Origin: an uncultured Planctomycetales bacterium
GTDB lineage: Bacteria > Planctomycetota > MHYJ01 > JACPRB01
Assembly (NCBI GenBank): GCA_964395295.1
Contig: CAYNDR010000003.1
Span: forward strand, 3,594 to 54,510
Direction of reading: 5' to 3'
DNA length: 50,917 bases
The notes below the pieces were generated by a model. It did not search any database and had not been told where the DNA came from. It worked only from the letters and a program-made list of their open reading frames with translations. Below, piece after piece: positions 35,982-45,690 of this stretch (positions are counted from its first letter, which is position 1; every line of letters starts with the position of its first letter). Position numbers and translations under genes: made by a program.

Positions 35982-36011
35982 CCCTGCACCGTGAACGAAT
36001 CCCCGGCCTGG

Positions 36012-36938
36012 TTATTGCCTGCGCCTGGAGCCCTGTCCCCGCGAGAACCGCCGCCACGCCACGGGGGACATCCCGGCCTTCCTCTGGAACTGCTTGGTGA
36101 AGTGGTAGGGGGAGTCGAAGGCGAGCGCGGAGGCGATCTGCTTCACCAGGAGGTCCGTCCCGCCCAGCATCTCCTTCGCCCGGCGCAGGCGGAACTGGAG
36201 GAGGTACTGCTTCGGCGAGAGGCCCGTGTGCCGCTTGAAGGCCTTGCGGAACCACGAGTAGCCCAGGCGCAGTTCCGCCGCCACCGCCTCCATCCGCACG
36301 CGCCGGTGGGCGTTCTCCTCGAGGAGGAACCGCGCCTTCCGCATCAGGGCTTCCATCTCCGGATCGCCCCCCCGCCGGGAGAGCGTGGCGGCGCGCGTCC
36401 GCGCCACGATCTCGTGGGCCAGGGCGGAGAGCACGGGGGGCTGCCCGAGGCGTGTCGCCCTCAGCTCCTCGACCAGCCGGCGGTATGCGTCCGAAAGCCC
36501 GGGGTCGAAGCCCGGGACGAGGACGGCCTGCGCGGGCGAGAAGAACGGCCGCCCGCAGAGCTTCCGGGCGTACGGGCCGTCGAACGAGACCCAGTGCTCC
36601 TCCCATCCGGTCTCGGGATCGGGCGAGTAACGGTGCCAGATCCCGGGAAAGAGGATGAAGAGGGTGCCCGCCTCCACGGGCTTCCGGCGCGTCGGCTTGG
36701 ACTCGAAGACGCCCCGGCCGCGGGTGATGTAAATGAACTGGAACTCGTTGAGGACGCGCCCGCTCTTCCAGGCAAAGTGGTAGCCCTCGGGGTGGAGCTG
36801 GGGCGGGTAGGGGGAATGCGCGGGGATCCGGGTGGTCCCGCCGGCGGTCACCCACAATCCCCACGCCCGGTCCGCCGCCGCCACCGGCAGGTAGCGGAAG
36901 AAGCCCTCCGCCGGCTGGGGGGGGAGCCCTTCGACCAT
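36012..36938 (-). CDS. AraC family transcriptional regulator (cupin sensor + HTH)
   Basis: Start MVEGLPPQPAEGFFRY (ATG 36938). Cupin-like N-terminal domain (FQFIYITRGRGVFE...GTLFILFPGIWHRY). C-terminal double HTH (YSWFRKAFKRHTGLSPKQYLLQFRLRRAKEML..., FDSPYHFTKQFQRKAGMSP). The upstream part of track ORF 36012..38015 is antisense to rhaT and rejected. Confidence 0.85.
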   Translation of the reverse strand: MVEGLPPQPAEGFFRYLPVAAADRAWGLWVTAGGTTRIPAHSPYPPQLHPEGYHFAWKSGRVLNEFQFIYITRGRGVFESKPTRRKPVEAGTLFILFPGIWHRYSPDPETGWEEHWVSFDGPYARKLCGRPFFSPAQAVLVPGFDPGLSDAYRRLVEELRATRLGQPPVLSALAHEIVARTRAATLSRRGGDPEMEALMRKARFLLEENAHRRVRMEAVAAELRLGYSWFRKAFKRHTGLSPKQYLLQFRLRRAKEMLGGTDLLVKQIASALAFDSPYHFTKQFQRKAGMSPVAWRRFSRGQGSRRRQ

Positions 36939-36955
36939 CCCCGGGAGTGTATCAA

Positions 36956-37029
36956 ATAGTGCAGGTAAAAAACCATTTTGACCATCTCCCGGGGGGCCCT
37001 GACCGCCCCGCAAGCCCCGTATAGTGCAG
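36956..37029. promoter_or_regulatory. Two direct copies of ATAGTGCAG in the AraC / rhaT divergent intergenic region (candidate AraC-type half-sites)
   Basis: ATAGTGCAG occurs at 36956-36964 and at 37021-37029 (65-nt period) within a 174-nt intergenic region. The first copy sits in an A/T-rich patch (TATCAAATAGTGCAGGTAAAAAACCATTTTGACC). Confidence 0.35.
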
Positions 37030-37112
37030 TGGGGAAGAAGGGAGGGGGGAGGTCGGGGAGGATAAAAGCCCCTGCCATTTCCGGTATCGCGGGGTGACGC
37101 GGGAGGTGCGGC

Positions 37113-38207
37113 ATGGAGGCCAACCCCTTTCTGGGCGTGCTCCTGCACTCCATCGGCGGGCTGGCGGCCGCCAGTTTCTACATCCCCTACAAGAAAGTCC
37201 GCAACTGGTCGTGGGAGACCTACTGGCTGGCCGGGGGATTCTTCAGCTGGATCATCGCGCCCTGGGTGGTGGCGCTCCTGATCGTCCCCGCCACGCCGGC
37301 GATCCTCCGGGCCGCCCCGTCCCAGGACCTCTTCATGACCTGGTTCTTCGGGGTCCTCTGGGGGGTTGGCGGGCTCATGTTCGGACTCACCATGCGCTAC
37401 CTGGGGATCTCGCTCGGGTACGCGGTCGCGCTCGGGTTCTGCGCCGCCTTCGGGACGCTGGGCCTGCCGATCGTCAAGGGCAAGCTCCCGGTCCTGCTGG
37501 GGGACTGGCCCGGCCGGATCCTCATCCTCGGGATCGGCGTCTGCCTGGCCGGGATCGCGGTGAGCGGCATGGCGGGGATGTCCAAGGAGCGCGAGCTCAC
37601 GGACGAGCAGAAGAAGGCGTCCGTCCGCGAGTTCAGCTTCTTCAAGGGCATGATCGTGGCGGTGATCTGCGGGATCCTGAGCGCGTCCATGGCCTTCGGG
37701 ATCGAGCATGGCGAGTCGATCGGGAAGATCGCGCTGAAGCACGGCGCCCCGACCTTGTGGCAGGGCCTCCCCGTGCTCGTGGTGATCCTGGCCGGCGGCT
37801 TCACGACCAACTTCGTCTGGTGCGTGCTTCTGAACCTCAAGAACCGGTCGGGCCGGCAGTACCTCGGCCGGGGGGCGGACGGGGCGCCCGCGCCGATGCT
37901 CTTCAACTACCTCTTCTGCGCCCTCGGCGGCGTCGCCTGGTACTTCCAGTTCTTCTTCTACAGCATGGGCACCACCCAGATGGGCGAGTTCGGCTTCTCC
38001 AGCTGGTCGCTCCACATGGCCAGCATCATCATCTTCAGCACCTTCTGGGGCCTCGCCCTGCGGGAGTGGCGGGGGACGAGCGCGCGGACCCGGCGCCTCA
38101 TCGCCCTGGGGCTGGCGGCGCTGGTCGCCTCGATGATCGTGGTGGGTTGCGGGACCTACCTCGACGAGAAGGCCAAAAAGTCGAAGAGCGCCCTGAGGCG
38201 GGAGTGA
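37113..38207 (+). CDS. rhaT: L-rhamnose/H+ symporter
   Basis: GVLLHSIGGLAAASFYIPYKKVRNWSWETYWLAGGFFSWIIAPW aligns closely with my recollection of E. coli RhaT ([27 protein letters not shown]). Also GLTMRYLG and ALGGVAWYFQFFFY. About 10 TM helices. Confidence 0.85.
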   Translation: MEANPFLGVLLHSIGGLAAASFYIPYKKVRNWSWETYWLAGGFFSWIIAPWVVALLIVPATPAILRAAPSQDLFMTWFFGVLWGVGGLMFGLTMRYLGISLGYAVALGFCAAFGTLGLPIVKGKLPVLLGDWPGRILILGIGVCLAGIAVSGMAGMSKERELTDEQKKASVREFSFFKGMIVAVICGILSASMAFGIEHGESIGKIALKHGAPTLWQGLPVLVVILAGGFTTNFVWCVLLNLKNRSGRQYLGRGADGAPAPMLFNYLFCALGGVAWYFQFFFYSMGTTQMGEFGFSSWSLHMASIIIFSTFWGLALREWRGTSARTRRLIALGLAALVASMIVVGCGTYLDEKAKKSKSALRRE

Positions 38208-38217
38208 TCCGGTCGTG

Positions 38218-41200
38218 ATGACGATCCTTCTGGGGCTCGGCTTGTCCTTCCTCGCGGCTCAGGAGCCGTCGCTTCGGCCCGCGGGCCTCCGGTGCGAGCA
38301 TGAGGTCTCCCCCCTGGGGGTGGACGCCGAACGCCCCCGCCTCAGCTGGGTCCTCGATCCCGTCGATCCCGCCGCGCGCGGCCTCCGGCAGACGGCCTTC
38401 CGGGTACTCGTGGCCTCCTCGCCCGCGCTCCTTGCGCAGGACAAGGGCGACCTCTGGGACAGCGGCCGGGTGGAGTCGGCGCAGTCCCACCTCGTGGCGT
38501 ACGCCGGCGCGCCGCTGAAATCCCGGACGCGGTGCTTCTGGAAGGTCCGCGCCTGGGACGAGGCCGGCCGCCCCTCGGCGTGGAGCGCCCCCGCCGAGTG
38601 GACGATGGGCCTCTCGGACTGGGCCCCGGCGCGATGGATCGGCGCGGGCGCCGCGTCGGTGGCCGAGGATCCCCTCGACGGCTGTTCATGGGTCTGGTCC
38701 GCCGACGGCGGGCCCGGGATCGACGCGCCGCCGTGCACGCGCCGGTTCCGCCGGACGTTCGACCTCCCCGCGGGCGCCCGGGTGGAGCAGGCCGTTGTCC
38801 TCATGGCCGCGGACAACGGATTCACGCTCTTCGTCAACGGGAAGGAAGCGGGGAGCGGGAACCAGTGGGAAGCCGCCTCGCGGATCGATGTCGCCCCGCG
38901 GCTCGTCCCCGGGACCAACGTCCTCGCCGTGGCCGCGACCAACGGCGGCACCGGCCCCAATCCCGCGGGCCTCGTCGGGAAACTCACGGTCCGCCTCGAC
39001 GGGGGGAAGACCGTCGTCGTTCCCGTGGATGCTTCGTGGAAATCGCACGACCGCGAGGAGCCCGGCTGGAAGACCGCCGCCTTCGACGACACGGCGTGGA
39101 AGTCCGCCCGCGTGCTGGGGGCCCACGGCATTCAGCCCTGGGGAAAGATCCAGGCCGCCTCCGCGGGGGCGATGCCCCTCTTCCGGCGCGCCTTCTCCGT
39201 GGACAAGCCCGTCCGCCGCGCGCTCGTCTCCGTCTGCGGACTCGGCCACTGCGAGCTCCGCCTCAACGGGAAGAAGGTCGGCGACGCCGCCCTGGAGCCG
39301 GGCTGGACGAACTACCGCAAGACCTGCCTCTACCAGACGTACGACGCCACGCCGATGGTCGCCCGCGGGGAAAACGCCCTCGGCGTCCTCCTGGGCAACG
39401 GCATGTACAACGTCCCCGGCGGCCGCTACGTCAAGTTCAAGGGGAGCTTCGGCGCCCCCAAGCTGATCCTGCGGCTCAACGTCGAACACGAGGACGGGAC
39501 CTCGACGACGGTCGTCAGCGACCCCTCGTGGAAGACCGCCCCCGGCCCGATCGTCTTCTCGTGCGTCTACGGCGGAGAGGACTACGACGCGCGGCTCGAG
39601 GCGCCCGGGTGGGACCGGGCGGGCTTCGACGATGCGGCCTGGCGCGCCGCGGGCGCCGTGGACGGCCCCGGAGGCGCCCTCTCGTCGCGCGGCGCGCCTC
39701 CCGTCAAGGTGATGCAGGAGTTCAAGGCCGCCCGCGTCACGCAGCCGCGGCCGGGCGGCTTCGTCCACGACCTCGGGCAGAACTTCTCGGGGTGGCCGCG
39801 GCCCGCGGTGAAAGGCCCCGCGGGAGCGACGGTGAAGATGATCCCCGGCGAGCTCCTCGACGGGAACGGCCTCGTCTCCCAGCGGAGCTCCGGCGGCCCG
39901 GTCTGGTTCTCCTACACCCTGAAGGGCGAGGGGAAGGAGGAATGGCACCCCCGGTTCTCCTACTACGGCTTCCGGTACGTGCAGGTGGAAGGCGCCGCGC
40001 CGGAGGGCGAGGGCTCCACCCCCCGCCTCCTCGAACTCGCGGGCCAGTTCCTCCACTCCTCCGCGAAGACCGCGGGCGAGATCTCCTGCTCCAATCCCGA
40101 CATCGCCCGGATCCACGACCTCATCAACGCGGCCATCAAGAGCAACCTGCAGAGCGTGCTGACCGACTGCCCGCACCGGGAAAAGCTGGGCTGGCTGGAG
40201 TGCTCGCACCTCCTGGCCGGGTGCATCTTCCACAACTACGACGTCCCGCGCTTCTTCGCCAAGATCGCCCGGGACATGCGCGAGGCCCAGCTCGACAACG
40301 GGATGGTCCCCGACATCGCCCCCGAGTACACCGTCTTCAGCGGGGGATTCCGCGACTCCCCGGAGTGGGGGAGCGCGTATGTCCTCATCCCCTGGCTCTC
40401 CTGGCAGGTGTACGGCGACCGGAGCCTGCTCGAGGAGCACTACGAGGGGATGAAACGGTACGTCGCCTACCTGGGATCGAAGGCGAAGGACCATATCGTC
40501 TCGCACGGGCTGGGGGACTGGTACGACATCGGCCCGCGGGGGCCCGGCGAATCCCAGCTCACCTCTCGGGGCGTGACCGCCACGGGGATCTACTGCCAGG
40601 ACATCGAGATCCTGAGGAAGACCGCGGGACTGCTGGGCAAGGCGGAAGACGCCCGGACGTACGCGGACCTCGCCGCGCGGGTGCGCGCGGCCTTCAACGC
40701 GAAGTACTTCCGCCCGGACTCGAACCAGTACGACCGCAACAGCCAGACCGCCAGCGCCCTGCCGCTCGTGGCCGGCCTCGTGGAGGAGGACCGGCGCGCG
40801 GCCGTGCTCGAGAGCCTCGTGAAGGACGTCCGCGGCCGCGGGAACCGCGTCACCGCCGGCGACGTGGGATTCTTCTACGTCGTGCGGGCCCTCTCCGACG
40901 GCGGCCGCGGCGACGTCCTCTACGACATGATCTGCCAGGACCTGGGGCCGGGCTACCTCTACCAGCTCAAGAAGGGCGCCACGACGCTCACCGAGGCGTG
41001 GGACACCAATCCCGGGTCCTCCCAGAACCACTGCATGCTGGGCCACGCCGAGGAGTGGTTCTTCCGCGGGCTCGGCGGCATCCGTCCCGACCCGGACGGG
41101 CCGGGCTTTGCGAGGATGGTGATCCAGCCGCAGGCCGTGGGGAACCTGACCTGGGCGAAGGTCCGCTACGACTCGGTCCGCGGGACGATCGCCACCCACT

Positions 41201-41409
41201 GGAAGAAGCAGGGGAGCTCCTTCACCCTGGAGGTCGTCATCCCCGGCAACACGACCGCCGCGGTGCACATCCCCGCGAAGGAGGCGGGGACGGTCACCGA
41301 GGGAGGGAAGCCGGCCTCCCAGGCGAAGGGCGCGCGGTTCCTCCGCATGGAGGGCGGCGCGGCCGTCTTCGAGGTCGGGTCCGGGAAATACGTGTTCGTC
41401 TCCGAATAG
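38218..41409 (+). CDS. Alpha-L-rhamnosidase, glycoside hydrolase family 78 (secreted)
   Basis: Signal peptide MMTILLGLGLSFLAAQE. GH78 N-terminal signature LRCEHEVSPLGVDAERPRLSWVL. Bac_rhamnosid_N-like LRLNGKKVGDAALEPGWTNYRKTCLYQTYD. Catalytic-domain motif LTDCPHREKLGWLE. An extra beta-sandwich module is inserted at about 38668-39150. Confidence 0.9.
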   Translation: MTILLGLGLSFLAAQEPSLRPAGLRCEHEVSPLGVDAERPRLSWVLDPVDPAARGLRQTAFRVLVASSPALLAQDKGDLWDSGRVESAQSHLVAYAGAPLKSRTRCFWKVRAWDEAGRPSAWSAPAEWTMGLSDWAPARWIGAGAASVAEDPLDGCSWVWSADGGPGIDAPPCTRRFRRTFDLPAGARVEQAVVLMAADNGFTLFVNGKEAGSGNQWEAASRIDVAPRLVPGTNVLAVAATNGGTGPNPAGLVGKLTVRLDGGKTVVVPVDASWKSHDREEPGWKTAAFDDTAWKSARVLGAHGIQPWGKIQAASAGAMPLFRRAFSVDKPVRRALVSVCGLGHCELRLNGKKVGDAALEPGWTNYRKTCLYQTYDATPMVARGENALGVLLGNGMYNVPGGRYVKFKGSFGAPKLILRLNVEHEDGTSTTVVSDPSWKTAPGPIVFSCVYGGEDYDARLEAPGWDRAGFDDAAWRAAGAVDGPGGALSSRGAPPVKVMQEFKAARVTQPRPGGFVHDLGQNFSGWPRPAVKGPAGATVKMIPGELLDGNGLVSQRSSGGPVWFSYTLKGEGKEEWHPRFSYYGFRYVQVEGAAPEGEGSTPRLLELAGQFLHSSAKTAGEISCSNPDIARIHDLINAAIKSNLQSVLTDCPHREKLGWLECSHLLAGCIFHNYDVPRFFAKIARDMREAQLDNGMVPDIAPEYTVFSGGFRDSPEWGSAYVLIPWLSWQVYGDRSLLEEHYEGMKRYVAYLGSKAKDHIVSHGLGDWYDIGPRGPGESQLTSRGVTATGIYCQDIEILRKTAGLLGKAEDARTYADLAARVRAAFNAKYFRPDSNQYDRNSQTASALPLVAGLVEEDRRAAVLESLVKDVRGRGNRVTAGDVGFFYVVRALSDGGRGDVLYDMICQDLGPGYLYQLKKGATTLTEAWDTNPGSSQNHCMLGHAEEWFFRGLGGIRPDPDGPGFARMVIQPQAVGNLTWAKVRYDSVRGTIATHWKKQGSSFTLEVVIPGNTTAAVHIPAKEAGTVTEGGKPASQAKGARFLRMEGGAAVFEVGSGKYVFVSE

Positions 41410-41421
41410 GGAAGGACAGCC

Positions 41422-42585
41422 ATGCCGAACGCATCCTTGACGCCCCGCGAGCGGGTCCTGCGCGCCCTCAACCACAAGGCGCCCGACCGCGTGCCCATCG
41501 ACCTCGGAGGGAACCAGACGGGCATCCACAAGATCGCCTACCGCAACCTGATCGACCGCCTCGGGCTCAGGGAAGAGATCGAGATCATGGACCTCGTCCA
41601 GCAGCTCGCGCGGCCGTCGGAGGCGGTGCTGGAGCGCCTGCGCGTGGACACCCGCTACGTCTTCGCGGGCGGCGCGGAGAGCTTCAAGGGCGGGGTCGTC
41701 CGCCGGGAGCGCGGCGGCCGGACGTGGCAGGACTTCACCGACGAGTTCGGCGTCACGTGGTCGATGCCGGAGGACCGCCCCTACTACTTCGACATCTCGC
41801 ACTCGCCGCTGGCGGGGCTCTCGATCGACGAGATCAAGGCGTGGCCGTTCCCGAAGGGGAACGATCCCAGCCGGTTCGCGGGGCTCCGGGAGCGCGCCCT
41901 CCGCCTGCGGAAGGAGACGCCCTATGCGGTCGTGAGCGGCATCTCGGGCGTCGTCTACGAGATCTGCTGGTACATGCGCGGGCTGGAGAGCCTGATGATG
42001 GACCTCATCCAGCAGACCGAGGCCGTGGAGGCGATCATCGACCGGACGCTCCGGTTCTGGCTGGACTGGTTCGACCTCTTCCTCAAGGAGGTCGGCGACG
42101 TGGTGGACGTCGTCATGATCGGCGACGACCTGGCCGGCCAGAACGGCCCGCTCTTCTCGCCGAAGATCTACCGTTCGATCGTGAAGCCCCGCCAGAAGAA
42201 GCTCGTGCAGTTCATCCGCTCGCGCACGCAGGCCCGCATCTGGTACCACACCTGCGGCTCGGCCGTCGCCTACATCCCCGAGCTCCTGGACAACGGGGTG
42301 GACATCCTCAACCCGGTGCAGGTCTCGGCCCGGGGGATGGACCCCGCGCGGCTCAAGGCGGAGTTCGGGGACCGGCTGGTCTTCTGGGGCGGCGGGATCG
42401 ATTCGCAGAAGGTCCTGCCCTTCGCCTCGCCCGCCGAGGTCCGCGAGAGCGTGCGCCGCAACCTCGAGGCCTTCAAGCCGGGGGGCGGGTACGTCTTCAA
42501 CAACGTCCACAACATCCAGGCGGACGTCCCGGCGGACAACGTCCTGGCGATGTACGACGCGGCGTACGAATTCGGTCGTTATTAG
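41422..42585 (+). CDS. Uroporphyrinogen decarboxylase (URO-D) family protein (MtaA/CmuA-like; function in this context unknown)
   Basis: TPRERVLRALNHKAPDRVPIDLGG start, and C-terminal GGGYVFNNVHNIQADVPADNVLAMYDA, typical of URO-D-fold proteins. No signal peptide. The intergenic gaps to both neighbours are 10-12 nt. Confidence 0.75.
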   Translation: MPNASLTPRERVLRALNHKAPDRVPIDLGGNQTGIHKIAYRNLIDRLGLREEIEIMDLVQQLARPSEAVLERLRVDTRYVFAGGAESFKGGVVRRERGGRTWQDFTDEFGVTWSMPEDRPYYFDISHSPLAGLSIDEIKAWPFPKGNDPSRFAGLRERALRLRKETPYAVVSGISGVVYEICWYMRGLESLMMDLIQQTEAVEAIIDRTLRFWLDWFDLFLKEVGDVVDVVMIGDDLAGQNGPLFSPKIYRSIVKPRQKKLVQFIRSRTQARIWYHTCGSAVAYIPELLDNGVDILNPVQVSARGMDPARLKAEFGDRLVFWGGGIDSQKVLPFASPAEVRESVRRNLEAFKPGGGYVFNNVHNIQADVPADNVLAMYDAAYEFGRY

Positions 42586-42595
42586 GGAGGCCACC

Positions 42596-45500
42596 ATGCG
42601 CTCTTCAATGCTGCTGGTCCTCGCGTTCCTGGCGGGCTGCACGCAGGCCGGTCCCGCGCCCGTGCCGGTCCCCGGCGGGCTTCCGGATTCCGCGGCGGCG
42701 AAGGCGCTCTTCGCCAGCCCGCCCCGCGAGTACGCCACCGCGCCCCTCTGGGTCTGGAACGACCTCCTCACGGAGGACCAGATCCGGGGGACCCTGCGCG
42801 ACATGGCGGGGCAGAAGGTCCGGCAGGTCTTCGTCCACCCGCGGCCCGGCCTGATGACGCCCTACCTCTCGGCCGACTGGTTCCGCCTCTGGAAGGTCGC
42901 CCTCGACGAGGCGGAGAAGCTCGACATGAACGTCTGGATCTACGACGAGAACTCCTATCCCTCGGGGTTCGCGGGCGGGCACGTGCCGGAGCTGATGCCC
43001 GAGTCGCGCGGCCGGGGGCTGGCGCTCCGGGAGGCGGCCACCCCGCCCGCCGACGCGCTGGCCGTCTTCGAGCTGAAGGGGGGAGCCTTCGAGGACATCA
43101 CTGAAAAGGCGAAGGCCGGCGGCCTGCCCAAGGGGAATTACATCGTAGCCACCGTGCTCCGCTCCAAGAACTCCCCCTGGCACGGCAACCGCTGTTACGT
43201 CGATCTCCTTTACCCGGGCGTCACGGAGAAGTTCCTGGAGGTCACGCTGGGGGCCTACGACCGCGAGATCGGATCGCAGTACGGCAAGCGCGTCCTGGGA
43301 TGCTTCACGGACGAGCCGGAGCTCCGGCCGGCGGGCGGACTGCCGTGGACGGACGACCTCCCCGCCCAGTTCGAGAAGCGTTGGGGGTACAGCCTCCTCA
43401 AGAACCTCCCGTCGCTCGCGAAGCCGCTCGGGGACTGGAAGAAGATCCGGCACGACTACTACCGGCTCCAGCTGGAGCTCTTCATCGAGCGCTGGGGCAA
43501 GCCGTACTACGAGGCGTGCGAAAAGCGCGGCATCGCCTTCACCGGCCACTACTGGGAGCACGAGTGGCCGAACTGCGTCGGCGTCCCGGACAACATGGCG
43601 ATGTCCGCCTGGCAGCAGATGCCCGGGATCGACTGCCTCATGAACCAGTACAAGGAGGACGTCCATTCCCAGTTCGGGAACGTCCGCGCGGTGCGCGAGG
43701 TGGCGAGCCTTGCGAACCAGCTTGGCCGCAAGCGCGTCCTCTGCGAGGCCTACGGCGCGGGCGGCTGGGACCTGCGCTTCGAGGACATGAAGCGGATCGC
43801 GGACTGGCTCCTGGTCCTGGGAGTCAACCTCATCGACGAGCACCTCTCGTACGTCACGCTCCGCGGGGCCCGGAAGCGCGACCACCCGCAGTCGTTCTCG
43901 TACCACGAGCCGTGGTGGCCTGCGTACCACGTCCGCGCGGAGTACGCCACGCGGTTGTGCGCCGCACTCACCCGGAGAGAGCAGGTCAATCCCGTCCTCG
44001 TCCTCGAGCCCACGCCCACCGCGTGGATGCTCCAGCAGACCGCGGATCTCAAGCCGCTCGGCGACCGGTTCCAGAAGCTGCTCCTCGCGCTCGAGGCGGC
44101 GCAGGTCGAGTACGACCTTGGCTGTGAGGACGTGATCGCCCGCCACGGGTCCGCGAAGGGCGGCGCGTTCACGGTGGGGCGCCGCAGCTACCGGGCAGTC
44201 GTGATCCCGCCTCTCACGGAGACGGTGTACGGGAAGACCGCGGAGCTGCTGGAGACGTTCGTCGCGGGCGGCGGGACGGTGCTCTGCTGTGGGGAGCCGC
44301 CGGCGCGGGTGGACGGGCGTCCCTCGGAGAAGGGGACGGCGCTCGGGAAGGCGGCCTCCTGGAAGCGCGTGGAGGAGGCGGCGGTGCCCGGTCTCCTCGC
44401 GGGCGCGGGGGGCGACGGATTCGCCGTGTGCCGCGCCGAGGGGGACAAGGGGATACTCTTCCACCATCGGCGGCGCCTCGCTGACGGCGATCTCCTCTTC
44501 CTGGTCAACACGAGCATCAAGGACCCGTCGGCGGGGACGGTCGTCTCGCCGATGCGGGGGATCGAGCGCTGGGACATCGCGTCAGGGAAGCCGGGGCCGC
44601 AGGCGTTCAAGGCGACGGCTCAGGGCGTGGAGATGGCGTTCGAACTGCCGCCCTGCGGGAGCCTGCTGGTGTTCCTGTCGAAAGAGAAACGGGAGCCCGC
44701 TCCCATGCGTACGGCGAAGGTCGAGGCGATCCCTCCGGTCCAGGAGACCTTTGTGAGCCGTTGCGGCGCCATGAACGTCCTCCCGATGGATTACGTAGAC
44801 ATCGAGGCGGGAGGCGAGACGAGGAAGGGGGTCTACTTCTACGCGGCCAACAAGTTCGCCTTCCAGAAGAACGGCCTGGACCGCAACCCGTGGGACAGCG
44901 CCGTCCAGTTCCGCGACGAGATCCTGAAGAAGGAATTTCCCGCGGAAGGAGGCTTCGTGGTTACCTACCGGTTCAGCCTTGAGAAGGAGAACGCCAGCCT
45001 GCAGGCTGTGGTGGAACGGCCGGACCTCTACGAGATCACCATCAACGGCGCGCCCATCCGCCCCAACCGGGGGGAATGGTGGCTGGACCGGGCCTTCGGG
45101 GTCCTCCCTCTGGGCGAAAAGGTCAGGGCGGGCGAGAACGCCCTCGTGCTCAAGGCGAAGAAGCTCAATTACTATCACGAGATCGAGATGGTCTATCTCC
45201 GGGGCTGGTTCAGGCTGAAGCCGGTCGAGTCCGGTTTCGTCCTGACTCCATGGAAGGAGAACCTCCACCTCGGTCCCTGGAACGAGCAGGGACATCCCTT
45301 CTATTCGGAGGGCGTGAAGTACATCCAGTCCTTCGAGGTCCCGGCCGTGTCCGGGAGCTATCGCGTCGAGCTTCCCGAGTGGTGCGGGAGCGTGGCGGAG
45401 GTGTCCGTCAACGGCGCCCCGGCGGGCTTCATCGAATGCGCGCCGTGGGAGCTGGACGTGACGAAGCACCTGAAGCCGGGGAAGAACGAGATCCTGGTGA

Positions 45501-45679
45501 CCGTCTTCGGGACGCTGAAGAACCTGCTCGGCCCGCACCACAACGGGCCGGGATTGGGCTCGGCGTGGCCGGGGATGTTCCAGAAGGGGCCCGCCACGGG
45601 CCCGCCGCCGGGAGAGAAGTACGCGACCGTGAAGTACGGCCTCTTCAAGCCGTTCGTCCTGAAGCAGGTGAAGGAGTAG
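42596..45679 (+). CDS. Large secreted glycoside hydrolase, GH106-like (putative alpha-L-rhamnosidase), lipoprotein-type signal
   Basis: MRSSMLLVLAFLAGC lipobox. FASPPREYATAPLWVWNDLLTEDQI...QVFVHPRPGLMTPYLS...NVWIYDENSYPSGFAGGHVP matches the N-terminal pattern I associate with Glyco_hydro_106. The family call comes from memory only. Confidence 0.6.
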   Translation: MRSSMLLVLAFLAGCTQAGPAPVPVPGGLPDSAAAKALFASPPREYATAPLWVWNDLLTEDQIRGTLRDMAGQKVRQVFVHPRPGLMTPYLSADWFRLWKVALDEAEKLDMNVWIYDENSYPSGFAGGHVPELMPESRGRGLALREAATPPADALAVFELKGGAFEDITEKAKAGGLPKGNYIVATVLRSKNSPWHGNRCYVDLLYPGVTEKFLEVTLGAYDREIGSQYGKRVLGCFTDEPELRPAGGLPWTDDLPAQFEKRWGYSLLKNLPSLAKPLGDWKKIRHDYYRLQLELFIERWGKPYYEACEKRGIAFTGHYWEHEWPNCVGVPDNMAMSAWQQMPGIDCLMNQYKEDVHSQFGNVRAVREVASLANQLGRKRVLCEAYGAGGWDLRFEDMKRIADWLLVLGVNLIDEHLSYVTLRGARKRDHPQSFSYHEPWWPAYHVRAEYATRLCAALTRREQVNPVLVLEPTPTAWMLQQTADLKPLGDRFQKLLLALEAAQVEYDLGCEDVIARHGSAKGGAFTVGRRSYRAVVIPPLTETVYGKTAELLETFVAGGGTVLCCGEPPARVDGRPSEKGTALGKAASWKRVEEAAVPGLLAGAGGDGFAVCRAEGDKGILFHHRRRLADGDLLFLVNTSIKDPSAGTVVSPMRGIERWDIASGKPGPQAFKATAQGVEMAFELPPCGSLLVFLSKEKREPAPMRTAKVEAIPPVQETFVSRCGAMNVLPMDYVDIEAGGETRKGVYFYAANKFAFQKNGLDRNPWDSAVQFRDEILKKEFPAEGGFVVTYRFSLEKENASLQAVVERPDLYEITINGAPIRPNRGEWWLDRAFGVLPLGEKVRAGENALVLKAKKLNYYHEIEMVYLRGWFRLKPVESGFVLTPWKENLHLGPWNEQGHPFYSEGVKYIQSFEVPAVSGSYRVELPEWCGSVAEVSVNGAPAGFIECAPWELDVTKHLKPGKNEILVTVFGTLKNLLGPHHNGPGLGSAWPGMFQKGPATGPPPGEKYATVKYGLFKPFVLKQVKE

Positions 45680-45690
45680 CGGGAGGAGTC

